DNA from: a virus
Taxonomy: Duplodnaviria > Caudoviricetes
Virus record (IMG/VR): IMGVR_UViG_3300008255_000459
Coordinates: 1-24,506 of that record
Reading direction: 5' to 3' (one strand)
DNA length: 24,506 nt
Positions 16,317-24,506 of the stretch are shown piece by piece; position 1 is the first letter of the stretch, and each line of letters starts with the position of its first letter. A program made the translations under genes and the position numbers. The notes below the pieces were generated by a model. The model was given only the letters and a program-made list of their open reading frames with translations, ran no database searches and was not told the DNA's origin.

Positions 16317-18763
16317 CAACACGCGCTCAAGCATGGGCGCGCCTTCCAGCTGAGCTCAAGTACCTGCGGCAATGGTGCGTCGCTGGTGCAAACAAGGCTC
16401 CGCTGTCGGTCGGCCCAGACGGAAAACTATTCAACGCCTCTGTGACCCAGCCGTCGCAGTGGATGGACTTCGAGACTGCTGCCAGGGTGGCATTCCAGAA
16501 CGGATACGATATCGGGTTCGTGCTGCACGAGTCGGATCCTTACTCCTGCATCGACTTGGACGTCAAGGACGCGCAGAACTGCTCGGACAAACCTGAGCTC
16601 TGGACAAAGCCTGAACAGTTTGATCTGTTCTATCGCATTATGCTGGGCTTTGACAGCTATGCGGAAGCGTCGCGCAGCGGCAAGGGCTTGCATATATGGG
16701 TTCGCGGGAACATCGGCAAGGGTGTCCGGCGCGACGGGGTTGAGATCTACTCCCAAGAGCGTTTCATCATCTGCACAGGCAGCATCGTCCAGGACAAACC
16801 CGTTCGCGAGTGTCAGCCCATGCTGCTCAACATGGCGTCGCAGATGCGGCCCAAGGAACAGGCGGTCGATTTCGCGCTGGAAGAGTTGGAGCAGGATGAA
16901 GACGATTGGTCTGTGCTGGTGCGTGCTGTCAATGCAGGTAACTCGGACAAGTTCTGCGGGCTTTGGGCTGGGCAATGGGAGATGATGGGATTCCCCAGCC
17001 AGTCGGAAGCGGACCTCGCACTCATGTCCATGCTCACATTCTACAGCCCATCGAATGCACAGTGCAGACGCTTGTTCCGTGACTCAGGGCTAGGCAAGCG
17101 TGAAAAGGCTGTTAAGGACGATCGCTACCTCAACCGGACGCTGGCTACCATTCGAGCGCGCGAGTCACGCGAGAAGTCCGTGGATGCCAGCGCACTGGTG
17201 CAAGCTGCTGACACGTTGCTGGAGGCACGCAAGCTGGCCATGATGGAAGTGCAGCGCTTACAGGGTGGCATGCCCGCAGTAGGCTCACCACAGCAGCGCA
17301 CAGCAGTCCCGCTCCATGTGCAGGGTCAGGGTGATCCGGTGCAGCTGGCACAGCCGACATCCGTCGCGGCAACAATGGCAGGCCCCGTGTCTGCCGAAGT
17401 CGTGCAAGCTGGTTCCAAAGGCTTGCCGTGGCCTCCAGGCTTTGCTGGTCGGATTGCACAGTACGTCTATGAAAGCGCACCGCGACCAGTCAAGGAGGTT
17501 GCGATCGTTGCCTCGCTTGGCTTGCTGTCGGGCTTGTGTGGTAAAGCATGGCACATCCCACAGTCAGGCCTGAACATGTATATCATTCTTGTGGCGCGAA
17601 GTGCTGTCGGGAAAGAAGCAATGCACAGCGGCATCAGCTCGCTGATCCGTGCCTGCACCATGCACATGCCCAGCTTCCACAATTTCATCGACTTCACAGA
17701 CTTCGCGTCTGGGCCTGCACTCATCAAAGCGTGTGCGACGAATCCGTCCTTTGTGAATGTGTCTGGTGAATGGGGGCGCAAGCTCAAGCGCTTGGCACAG
17801 GACGATCGCGACGGGCCACTCAGTACGCTGCGCACGCAGATGACAAACCTGTATCAGAAGTCTGGCCCGCAATCCATTGTCGGTGGCATTGGCTACTCGA
17901 ACAAGGATAACAACATCGCGTCGATCAGTGGTGTTGCCTACAGTATGATCGGCGAGACCACACCAAACACGTTCTACGAAGCGCTCACCGAATCGATGAT
18001 GGAAGACGGGTTCCTTTCGCGCTTCCTGATCATTGAGTATGCAGGTGACCGCCCTGCCATGAACCAGTCACAGGTGATGACGCCTGACGCTGCGCTAGAG
18101 GACGCATTGGTGAAGCTGGCATTCCAGGCCCAGAACCTTATCAACAGCCAAGCATCTCAGCCACTAGGCCGCACGGAAGAATCTGCCACGATCATGTGGA
18201 ACTTCGAGCAGGAGTGCGACCGCGAGATCAACAGCACGGATGACGAGTCACGACGGCAGATGTGGAACCGTGCTGCGCTCAAGGTGCTGCGTACCGCTGG
18301 CCTGCTCGCGGTGGCAGACAACTGGATCAACCCGTGCATCACGCGCGAGCACTTGGAATGGGCGCTGGACGTTATCCGTCGCGACATCGAGATTATGGGT
18401 AGGCGCCTGGATACTGGTGACGTCGGCACGGGTGACAGCGCACGCGAACGGAAGCTCATGTCCTTGCTGCGCGACTACCTCACAAACACGCTGCCTCCGA
18501 GTTACAAGGTGCCTGAAGAGATGCGCCAGAACAGCATTGTTCCGCGGAGCTATCTCCAGATCCGGGTCTCGCGTGTGGCATCGTTCTACAACCATCGCGC
18601 AGGCCAGAACGCTGCGCTGGATCTTGCTATCCAAGCGGCAGTCAATAACGGCTACCTGATGGAAGTGGATAAAGCGAAGGTCGCTGAGGCCTACAATTAT
18701 CATGGCAAGGCGTACCGCATCATCAAGCTCCCGGACTACGCTGCTCAAGCAAAGAAATCCTAA
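16313..18763 (+). CDS. Primase-polymerase (AEP, NrS-1-like) fused to a DUF3987-like helicase domain
   Basis: CIDLD, EASRSGKGLHIW, VEIYSQERF; helix bundle SQSEADLAL...RLFRDSGL; C-terminal P-loop ARSAVGKE, GETTP, DGFLSRFL. Confidence 0.85.
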   Translation: MTTRAQAWARLPAELKYLRQWCVAGANKAPLSVGPDGKLFNASVTQPSQWMDFETAARVAFQNGYDIGFVLHESDPYSCIDLDVKDAQNCSDKPELWTKPEQFDLFYRIMLGFDSYAEASRSGKGLHIWVRGNIGKGVRRDGVEIYSQERFIICTGSIVQDKPVRECQPMLLNMASQMRPKEQAVDFALEELEQDEDDWSVLVRAVNAGNSDKFCGLWAGQWEMMGFPSQSEADLALMSMLTFYSPSNAQCRRLFRDSGLGKREKAVKDDRYLNRTLATIRARESREKSVDASALVQAADTLLEARKLAMMEVQRLQGGMPAVGSPQQRTAVPLHVQGQGDPVQLAQPTSVAATMAGPVSAEVVQAGSKGLPWPPGFAGRIAQYVYESAPRPVKEVAIVASLGLLSGLCGKAWHIPQSGLNMYIILVARSAVGKEAMHSGISSLIRACTMHMPSFHNFIDFTDFASGPALIKACATNPSFVNVSGEWGRKLKRLAQDDRDGPLSTLRTQMTNLYQKSGPQSIVGGIGYSNKDNNIASISGVAYSMIGETTPNTFYEALTESMMEDGFLSRFLIIEYAGDRPAMNQSQVMTPDAALEDALVKLAFQAQNLINSQASQPLGRTEESATIMWNFEQECDREINSTDDESRRQMWNRAALKVLRTAGLLAVADNWINPCITREHLEWALDVIRRDIEIMGRRLDTGDVGTGDSARERKLMSLLRDYLTNTLPPSYKVPEEMRQNSIVPRSYLQIRVSRVASFYNHRAGQNAALDLAIQAAVNNGYLMEVDKAKVAEAYNYHGKAYRIIKLPDYAAQAKKS

Positions 18764-18791
18764 GTAGATGCAAATTATCCAGAAAATGGGC

Positions 18792-18820
18792 TTGCCGGCT
18801 CCCGTTCGTTGCGTTACATT
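18792..18820 (+). promoter_or_regulatory. Sigma70-like promoter
   Basis: TTGCCG-N17-TACATT upstream of an AGGAG RBS. Confidence 0.6.
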
Positions 18821-18859
18821 AACGCTCATGCAGTTCAACCACTTAACAGGAGAAACCTG

Positions 18860-19396
18860 ATGGAAAGTAAGATCACTCACCCCGAGCTGGTTTCGGCTCT
18901 TGCCAAGCCGGGCGCGGATATCGTTGCGTCGCTCACTGCGGAGGATGCTCACGCGCTGCACATGGCACTCATTCCCGAGAACACGGTCAGCCAGGAAGAC
19001 TTGGCTGAATGGTACAAGCTCCAGGAAGCGCTCAAGAAGGTCAAGGCGCGCGAGATGCTTCTCCGCACCAAGATCTTCGGGTTCTTCTTTCCGTCGCCCG
19101 AGGAGGGAACGAACAATTACAATATGCCCGACGGCTATGTGCTCAAGGGTAAGCACACGATCAATCGCGAAGTGGATCCTGGCGCCTTCCAGGCAATGCG
19201 TGAGCAGTTCGCTCAGGCTGGTATCCACCCCGATGCGATGGTACAGTGGAAGCCTTCGTTGAAGCTCAAGGAATACCGCGAGCTGACTGCGGAACAGATC
19301 CAATTGTTCGACCAGTGCTTGATCGTCAAGCCTGGTTCGCCCGCACTCGAGATCGTGCTTCCGAAGAAACGCGCGACCGCTGGAGACAAGCAATGA
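18860..19396 (+). CDS. Hypothetical phage protein with a probable MazG-derived 34-aa N-terminal extension
   Basis: ATG 18860 with AGGAG RBS; MESKITHPELVSALAKPGADIVASLTAEDAHALH followed by MALIPENTVSQEDLAEWY...EGTN...GYVLKG...KPGSPALEI. Confidence 0.8.
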   Translation: MESKITHPELVSALAKPGADIVASLTAEDAHALHMALIPENTVSQEDLAEWYKLQEALKKVKAREMLLRTKIFGFFFPSPEEGTNNYNMPDGYVLKGKHTINREVDPGAFQAMREQFAQAGIHPDAMVQWKPSLKLKEYRELTAEQIQLFDQCLIVKPGSPALEIVLPKKRATAGDKQ

Positions 19397-19959
19397 GCGG
19401 CGCCTTTGCCTATGTGCATGCCAGACCGGATGGGACGGTGTTCTACGTCGGCAAAGGCACCCGCCAGCGTGCGTTCGAAATGTCTGCAGGGCGTCGCAGC
19501 AATCATCACCAGCGTATTGTCTCGAAGCACGGCAAGGAGAACATTCTTGTAGGCCTGATGGAATGCTCTAGCGCAGAGATTGCGTTCGAGCTGGAGAAAG
19601 GTCTTATCAAGTGCTTCCGTCGAATGGGTGTTGCGCTGTGCAACCATACAGACGGCGGTGAAGGTTGGCATAATCCAACGGAAGCTAACAAGGCGAAACA
19701 CGCGCAAACGATGCGGGAAGTGCATCAACGCCCTGAGACGAAACGCAAGCATTCCGAGGCTCTTAGCCTGGCTAATCTTGATAAGGAGGTTATCGCGCGC
19801 CGACGCGAGGCGCAACGTAAAGTCTATGAGTCTGGTGGCAACAGACCTAATCTTGGAAAGGTCTGGATCACAAAAGACGGGCTCAACAAGATGGTCTCTT
19901 ATTCCTCGTTACAGTGTCATCTGGAGCAAGGGTGGAAGCGTGGAAGGATATGCGCGTGA
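19393..19959 (+). CDS. GIY-YIG-family homing endonuclease
   Basis: AYVHARPDGTVFYVGKG..R...AFELEKGLI...LCNHTDGGEG; GKVWIT...GWKRGR tail; ATGA-coupled start. Confidence 0.85.
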   Translation: MSGAFAYVHARPDGTVFYVGKGTRQRAFEMSAGRRSNHHQRIVSKHGKENILVGLMECSSAEIAFELEKGLIKCFRRMGVALCNHTDGGEGWHNPTEANKAKHAQTMREVHQRPETKRKHSEALSLANLDKEVIARRREAQRKVYESGGNRPNLGKVWITKDGLNKMVSYSSLQCHLEQGWKRGRICA

Positions 19960-20417
19960 CTATTATCGCGGACGCTTCGTTCTGTCCAGATACGAACGTC
20001 GCAGGCTATGGATTCTGGATCGCATCTGAACGTGGCAAACAAGGTGGAGGCGGTGAAATGAAATGTCGTTTGGAAGGTAACATCGCGGCAGAGATGCAAG
20101 CTGTAGCGAACGCCCTTCATATCGCGACACGCCTCCAGCTTGTGCAGGCAGCGGATGAAGTTCTTATTCAGACCGACTGCATGGCTGCAATCGATGCGTT
20201 CGAGGGTAAGCGTAAGAACTTGCCCTCACAGGAATGGGAAGCGGTGCGTGTGTTGCGCCGCCTGCGTTCCGAACATAACCTGCAAATTGTGTTCCGTCAT
20301 GTAAAGGGGCACACAGGCAAGAAGGAGGCACGCTACGTCACGAACCATCTGTGTGACAAGCGCGCCAAAGAAGCAATGAGAAGGGCTCGCGCCCGTGTTC
20401 AATTGGAGATGCAATGA
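19950..20417 (+). CDS. Ribonuclease HI-like protein
   Basis: IIADAS, NIAAEMQA, IQTDC, RHVKGH and NHLCDKRAK give the D-E-D-H-D catalytic set. Confidence 0.88.
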   Translation: MRVTIIADASFCPDTNVAGYGFWIASERGKQGGGGEMKCRLEGNIAAEMQAVANALHIATRLQLVQAADEVLIQTDCMAAIDAFEGKRKNLPSQEWEAVRVLRRLRSEHNLQIVFRHVKGHTGKKEARYVTNHLCDKRAKEAMRRARARVQLEMQ

Positions 20418-21154
20418 ATCAACCGAATTACGAAGGCAAGGGCGCTATCGCTCTGGACGTTCTGGATCACGGTTTCGTGGCCCTGCGCAACATGTCGGGC
20501 CCGAACCGTCGCCCTGACGCACCGTTCGACGCGGACGACATCGATCCGGCACAGTCCGCCCGCATGTCGTTCGACCAGATGGACAGCGAGCGCACTCGTG
20601 ACGCTGACCTCAAGCTGGCCGACTACCTGATGCGCAACTGGCACACCAGCCCGTTCGAGATGGTGGAAATCTGGCTGGAAATGAAGATGCCCATCTTCGT
20701 CGCGCGCCAGTTTGTGCGCCATCGCACTGCTACCATCAACGAGGTGAGCGGTCGTTATGTGCAGCTCCCGGCTGAATGGTACATCCCGGAAGTCGTTGGT
20801 GGCAAGGCTGCCAACAAGAAGCAGGGGCAGGAAGACAACCTGGACGCCGCGACACAAGCATGGTTCCAGCGCTGCCTGGGCAATCAGTGCCGCTTGTCCT
20901 ATGACCTGTATCAGGAAGCACTTGATCGCGGTGTTGCTGCTGAGCATGCCAGGACGCTGCTGCACCTCAACCACTACACACACTGGCTCTGGAAGCAAGA
21001 CCTTCACAACATGCTGAACTTCCTGCGCTTGCGTGACCACAGCCACGCGCAGATCGAAGCGCAGCGCTACGCCCAAGCCATCGATCAGTTGCTGCGCCAG
21101 TACCTGCCCAACAGCATGGCGCTCTATGACAAGTATCGCCGTCTCGGAGGTTAA
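20414..21154 (+). CDS. thyX: FAD-dependent thymidylate synthase
   Basis: HTSPFE, PIFVARQFVRHRTATINEVSGRY signature, FLRLRDHSHAQIE. Confidence 0.97.
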   Translation: MNQPNYEGKGAIALDVLDHGFVALRNMSGPNRRPDAPFDADDIDPAQSARMSFDQMDSERTRDADLKLADYLMRNWHTSPFEMVEIWLEMKMPIFVARQFVRHRTATINEVSGRYVQLPAEWYIPEVVGGKAANKKQGQEDNLDAATQAWFQRCLGNQCRLSYDLYQEALDRGVAAEHARTLLHLNHYTHWLWKQDLHNMLNFLRLRDHSHAQIEAQRYAQAIDQLLRQYLPNSMALYDKYRRLGG

Positions 21155-21155
21155 G

Positions 21156-21302
21156 ATGAACAAGCCTAAGCAAACAGTCCTCTATCCGAAGCTCAACACC
21201 GTGCTGATATCGCAAGCCTTGGGCCTGCGCATTCCGCCCGCGCTGGTGACGCTCACCTTCCCGAATGGGCTTGTGCATCGCTTTCCCGTGGAGGCACGCT
21301 GA
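21156..21302 (+). CDS. Small hypothetical protein (48 aa)
   Basis: GGAGG RBS; exactly fills the gap between thyX and the ligase. Confidence 0.65.
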   Translation: MNKPKQTVLYPKLNTVLISQALGLRIPPALVTLTFPNGLVHRFPVEAR

Positions 21303-21303
21303 C

Positions 21304-22200
21304 ATGAAACCCATGCTCGCGGTGGAAGCGCCGAAAGACATCAAGTTCCCTGTCTTTGCCAGCGCCAAGCTGGACGGCATTCGCTCTGTCGTTACCGACG
21401 ACATGGCGATGTCGCGCACCATGAAACCCATCCCGAACGGGTTTGTTCAAGACTATCTTGGGCAGACCTTGTTCAATGGGCTGGACGGGGAGCTCACCGT
21501 AGGCCCTGCCAACGACAAGAACGTGATGCAGGCAACGACCAGCGGCGTCATGTCGCGGGACGGGGAACCTGACTTCATCTATTGGGTGTTTGACTTCTGG
21601 ACCGACAATCAGATGCCCTACGGTGAGCGCCTTCGCGTCATGGAGCGTGCGTTCAAAGATGGTGCGCTGGGCCAGTATCCGCGAATCAAGCTGCTCAAGC
21701 AGACGCTTATTCAGAACGAGGAGGAGCTCCGCGCCTACGAGACCGTGACACTGGCGCAAGGGTTCGAGGGCGTCATGATCCGTGACCCGAAGGGTGTCTA
21801 TAAGTTCGGTCGCAGCACAGCGCGCGAAGGCTATCTGCTGAAGGTGAAGCACTTTGCAGACGGAGAAGCTGTGGTCATTGGCGCGGAAGAGCTCATGCAC
21901 AATGCCAACGAAGCGACGCTGGACGAACTCGGCTACACGAAGCGCAGTTCCCATCAGGACGGCAAAGTGCCCATGGGCACGCTGGGAGCGTTGAAGGTGC
22001 GTGACGTGACCACAGGTATTGAGTTCAATATTGGCACGGGCTACACGGCGGCGCAGCGTGCTGAGCTGTGGGCAATGTGGCAGGCGGGCACGCTGCTGAA
22101 CAAGATTGCCAAATACAAGCATTTCGAGGTTGGCGTGAAGGAAGCACCTCGCTTTCCTGTGTTTCAAGGCTTCCGCAACCCTCTTGACATGGGAGAATGA
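21304..22200 (+). CDS. ATP-dependent DNA ligase (minimal type)
   Basis: KPMLA, KLDGIR, LDGEL, YWVFD, FEGVMIR, LLKVK, PRFPVFQGFR. Confidence 0.95.
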   Translation: MKPMLAVEAPKDIKFPVFASAKLDGIRSVVTDDMAMSRTMKPIPNGFVQDYLGQTLFNGLDGELTVGPANDKNVMQATTSGVMSRDGEPDFIYWVFDFWTDNQMPYGERLRVMERAFKDGALGQYPRIKLLKQTLIQNEEELRAYETVTLAQGFEGVMIRDPKGVYKFGRSTAREGYLLKVKHFADGEAVVIGAEELMHNANEATLDELGYTKRSSHQDGKVPMGTLGALKVRDVTTGIEFNIGTGYTAAQRAELWAMWQAGTLLNKIAKYKHFEVGVKEAPRFPVFQGFRNPLDMGE

Positions 22201-22442
22201 TGATAAAAGTATCCGTTGAGCTGGTTCCACCAGTACCCAGCAACTATTCGAACGATGAACTGGCCCGTCACGTGCGCCACCACTTCCCGAACCTCAGTGG
22301 CCCGCTGCTCACGCTGCTGGAACGCTTCGAAGGGCAGGAAGGCACGGTCAATGCTGTGCGCAAGCTGGAAGACCAGGAATCGAAAGTAACCTGCCCGCAC
22401 TGTGGCACTGAAATCCAAATTGACCTGGAGCTGGAATCGTGA
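22197..22442 (+). CDS. Hypothetical protein with CPHCG motif
   Basis: 81 aa; 4-bp overlaps with both neighbours. Confidence 0.7.
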   Translation: MMIKVSVELVPPVPSNYSNDELARHVRHHFPNLSGPLLTLLERFEGQEGTVNAVRKLEDQESKVTCPHCGTEIQIDLELES

Positions 22443-23329
22443 AAGAAGCCTACATCGACGCTCCGCGGTTCCACAAGGCGTCGCTGAACCTGATTGCCAT
22501 CTGCGACAGCATCGTCACAGATTACAGTCAGCAAGGCTACAGCATGACGATCCGCCAGCTCTATTACCAGCTCGTGGCACGCGGGCACATCGAGAACACC
22601 GTGCGCAGTTACGACAACATCGTCGCACTGATGACGAATGCTCGCCTAGCAGGGCTCATTGATTGGGATGCTATCGAAGACCGCACACGCGGCATTCTGG
22701 AGCGCCCCCACTGGACCAGCGGAAGCGATATTCTGCAAGCATGCGCGCAGAGCTATCACGAAGACTTGTGGTCGGATCAACCGAACCGTGTCATTGTCAT
22801 CGTGGAGAAAGAAGCTCTGGCCGGTGTGCTCGAACGTACCTGCAAAGAATGGGACGTTCCTCTCCTGCCCGCACGCGGATATCCAAGCGCCACAACATTG
22901 CGCGAGCTGGCCAAGACCCGTATAATGCGGGCAAGCCCGGAAATTGTGGTCTTGCATCTTGGAGACCATGATCCGAGCGGCATTGATATGTCGCGCGACC
23001 TTGAGGAAAGACTCAGTCTGTTCAGCAGGCATCGCGTGACAATTGACTTCCGCAGGCTGGCCTTGAACATGGACCAAGTGGAGGAGCAGAACCCTCCGCC
23101 TAATCCTGCCAAGGTCACTGACAGCCGTTATGAATCCTATCGGGTTCAGTACGGTGAGGAAAGCTGGGAGCTTGATGCGCTCAGCCCGAAATACCTGCAC
23201 AATCTTGTGAGCAGGGAGGTTGAAAGTCTGGTAGAGTTCAGCCTCTGGAACGAGCGTTGTAAGCAGGTGGAGCAAGTGCGAGGTCGGCTGCAGAAGCTCG
23301 CTGATGAGTTTGATAAAGGGGAAGTCTGA
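22439..23329 (+). CDS. Stand-alone Topo VI-A/Spo11-like protein (WHD + TOPRIM)
   Basis: TIRQLYYQLV, VIVEKEAL, HLGDHDPSG, WELDAL. Confidence 0.8.
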   Translation: MKEAYIDAPRFHKASLNLIAICDSIVTDYSQQGYSMTIRQLYYQLVARGHIENTVRSYDNIVALMTNARLAGLIDWDAIEDRTRGILERPHWTSGSDILQACAQSYHEDLWSDQPNRVIVIVEKEALAGVLERTCKEWDVPLLPARGYPSATTLRELAKTRIMRASPEIVVLHLGDHDPSGIDMSRDLEERLSLFSRHRVTIDFRRLALNMDQVEEQNPPPNPAKVTDSRYESYRVQYGEESWELDALSPKYLHNLVSREVESLVEFSLWNERCKQVEQVRGRLQKLADEFDKGEV

Positions 23330-24054
23330 TGTCTTTGCAATTTACCACAGCTGAGCAAGCGTCACAGCTCAACGGTGTGAAGGTGCTGGTCTATGGTGGC
23401 GCTGGTATGGGGAAGACGGTTCTGTCCGCCACCCTGCCCGCACCAATTCTGATCAGTGCTGAATCCGGTGCGCTGTCGCTCCGCAAGGCCAATCTGGAGC
23501 GCCTGTTCGGAGCAGGCAATCCTCACATCTGTTACAACATGCCAATCATCACCGTGTCCAACGTGGATGACCTCCGAGACGCCTATGAGTGGTGTGCCCG
23601 CAGTGCGGAAGCTCGCCAATTCGCAAGCGTCGGCCTGGACAGCATCTCTGAGATCGCTGAAGTGGTGCTCAATAATGCAAAGCGGCAGGTGAAAGATCCG
23701 CGCCAAGCCTACGGTGAGCTCATTGAAAAGATGGAGACGCTTGTTCGTATGTTTCGAGACCTGCCAGGTAAGAACATCTATATGGCTGCCAAGATGGAGC
23801 CTATGAAGGACGAGATGACTGGTGTGGTGAAGTACGGCCCATCAATGCCCGGTTCCAAGCTGGGTTCGAAGCTGCCGTATTTCTTTGACGAGGTGTTTCG
23901 TCTTGGGGTGAATAAAACACCACAGGGCGAGCCGTACAGGTTCCTTCAAACTCAGCCCGATCTGCAGTTTGAGGCAAAGGATCGAAGTGGCGCACTCGCT
24001 TCGATGGAACCTCCATTTCTGAGTGCAGTTTTCGCCAAAATCTTAGGAGCTTAA
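23329..24054 (+). CDS. Sak4-like phage P-loop ATPase (AAA_24)
   Basis: VLVYGGAGMGKT, ISAESG, GLDSISE, AKDRSG; directly upstream of the SSB. Confidence 0.85.
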   Translation: MSLQFTTAEQASQLNGVKVLVYGGAGMGKTVLSATLPAPILISAESGALSLRKANLERLFGAGNPHICYNMPIITVSNVDDLRDAYEWCARSAEARQFASVGLDSISEIAEVVLNNAKRQVKDPRQAYGELIEKMETLVRMFRDLPGKNIYMAAKMEPMKDEMTGVVKYGPSMPGSKLGSKLPYFFDEVFRLGVNKTPQGEPYRFLQTQPDLQFEAKDRSGALASMEPPFLSAVFAKILGA

Positions 24055-24058
24055 CGCC

Positions 24059-24506
24059 ATGGCACAATTGAATTTCGATGCAACACAAGTCGCCCCCGAT
24101 CTCGGCTTCGAGACCGTTCCTGCGGGCTGGTATAACGCAATGATCGACGAGTCGGAAATGAAGCCGACGAAGGACGGTTCGGGCGCTTACCTCCAGACCC
24201 GTTTCAACATCATCGACGGCCAGTACGCAAACCGCAAGATCTACATGCGGCTCAACCTGCGCAACACCAATCCGGTGGCCCAGGAAATCGCCTACAAGCA
24301 ACTGTCCGCGATCGCGCACGCTGTCGGCGTTCTGCACGTCCAGGATTCCAGCCAGCTGCACGGCCTGCCCATGAAGATCAAGGTCAAGCTTCGCAAGGAC
24401 ACCTCCGGTCAGTACGAGGACTCCAACGAGATCAGCTCTGTCAAGAACATCAACGAGCAAGTCGATATGGGCGCCCAAGCTGGTGCAGCTCCGGCAGGCT
24501 TCGGCG
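24059..24506 (+). CDS. DUF669-family ssDNA-binding protein (partial)
   Basis: Not in the ORF track. AGGAG RBS; MAQLNFDATQVAPDLGFETVPAGWYNAMIDESEMKPTKDGSGAYL...GQYANRKIYMRLNL...QLSAIAHAVG...SNEI. Confidence 0.88.
   Translation, partial: MAQLNFDATQVAPDLGFETVPAGWYNAMIDESEMKPTKDGSGAYLQTRFNIIDGQYANRKIYMRLNLRNTNPVAQEIAYKQLSAIAHAVGVLHVQDSSQLHGLPMKIKVKLRKDTSGQYEDSNEISSVKNINEQVDMGAQAGAAPAGFG

Overview
Part of a tailed dsDNA phage genome (roughly 55-60% GC by eye) infecting a Gram-negative host, as shown by the Rz/Rz1 spanins. No integrase, tRNA or CRISPR was seen. Two divergent arms meet at an AT-rich stem-loop region near 15.0-15.3 kb. The minus arm reads from small accessory genes (MazG-like, mini protein kinase, denV, GIY-YIG nuclease, Holliday resolvase) through lysis genes to terS, terL, portal, head morphogenesis, scaffold and major capsid (partial). 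The plus arm is a replication and nucleotide module: prim-pol/helicase, RNase H, ThyX, ATP ligase, stand-alone Topo VI-A-like protein, Sak4-like ATPase and DUF669 SSB (partial). Features the ORF track hides: four apparent deletion or recombination scars (DUF2786-like, uvrD-like, nrdJ, mazG-like), two single-base frameshifts, a duplicated gene tail, an N-terminal peptide M-x-Q-[LI]-x-F-D-A shared by three unrelated proteins, a bZIP-like basic region, and a promoter-driven ~275-nt structured RNA candidate. Family assignments come from motif recognition and recall, not from database searches.
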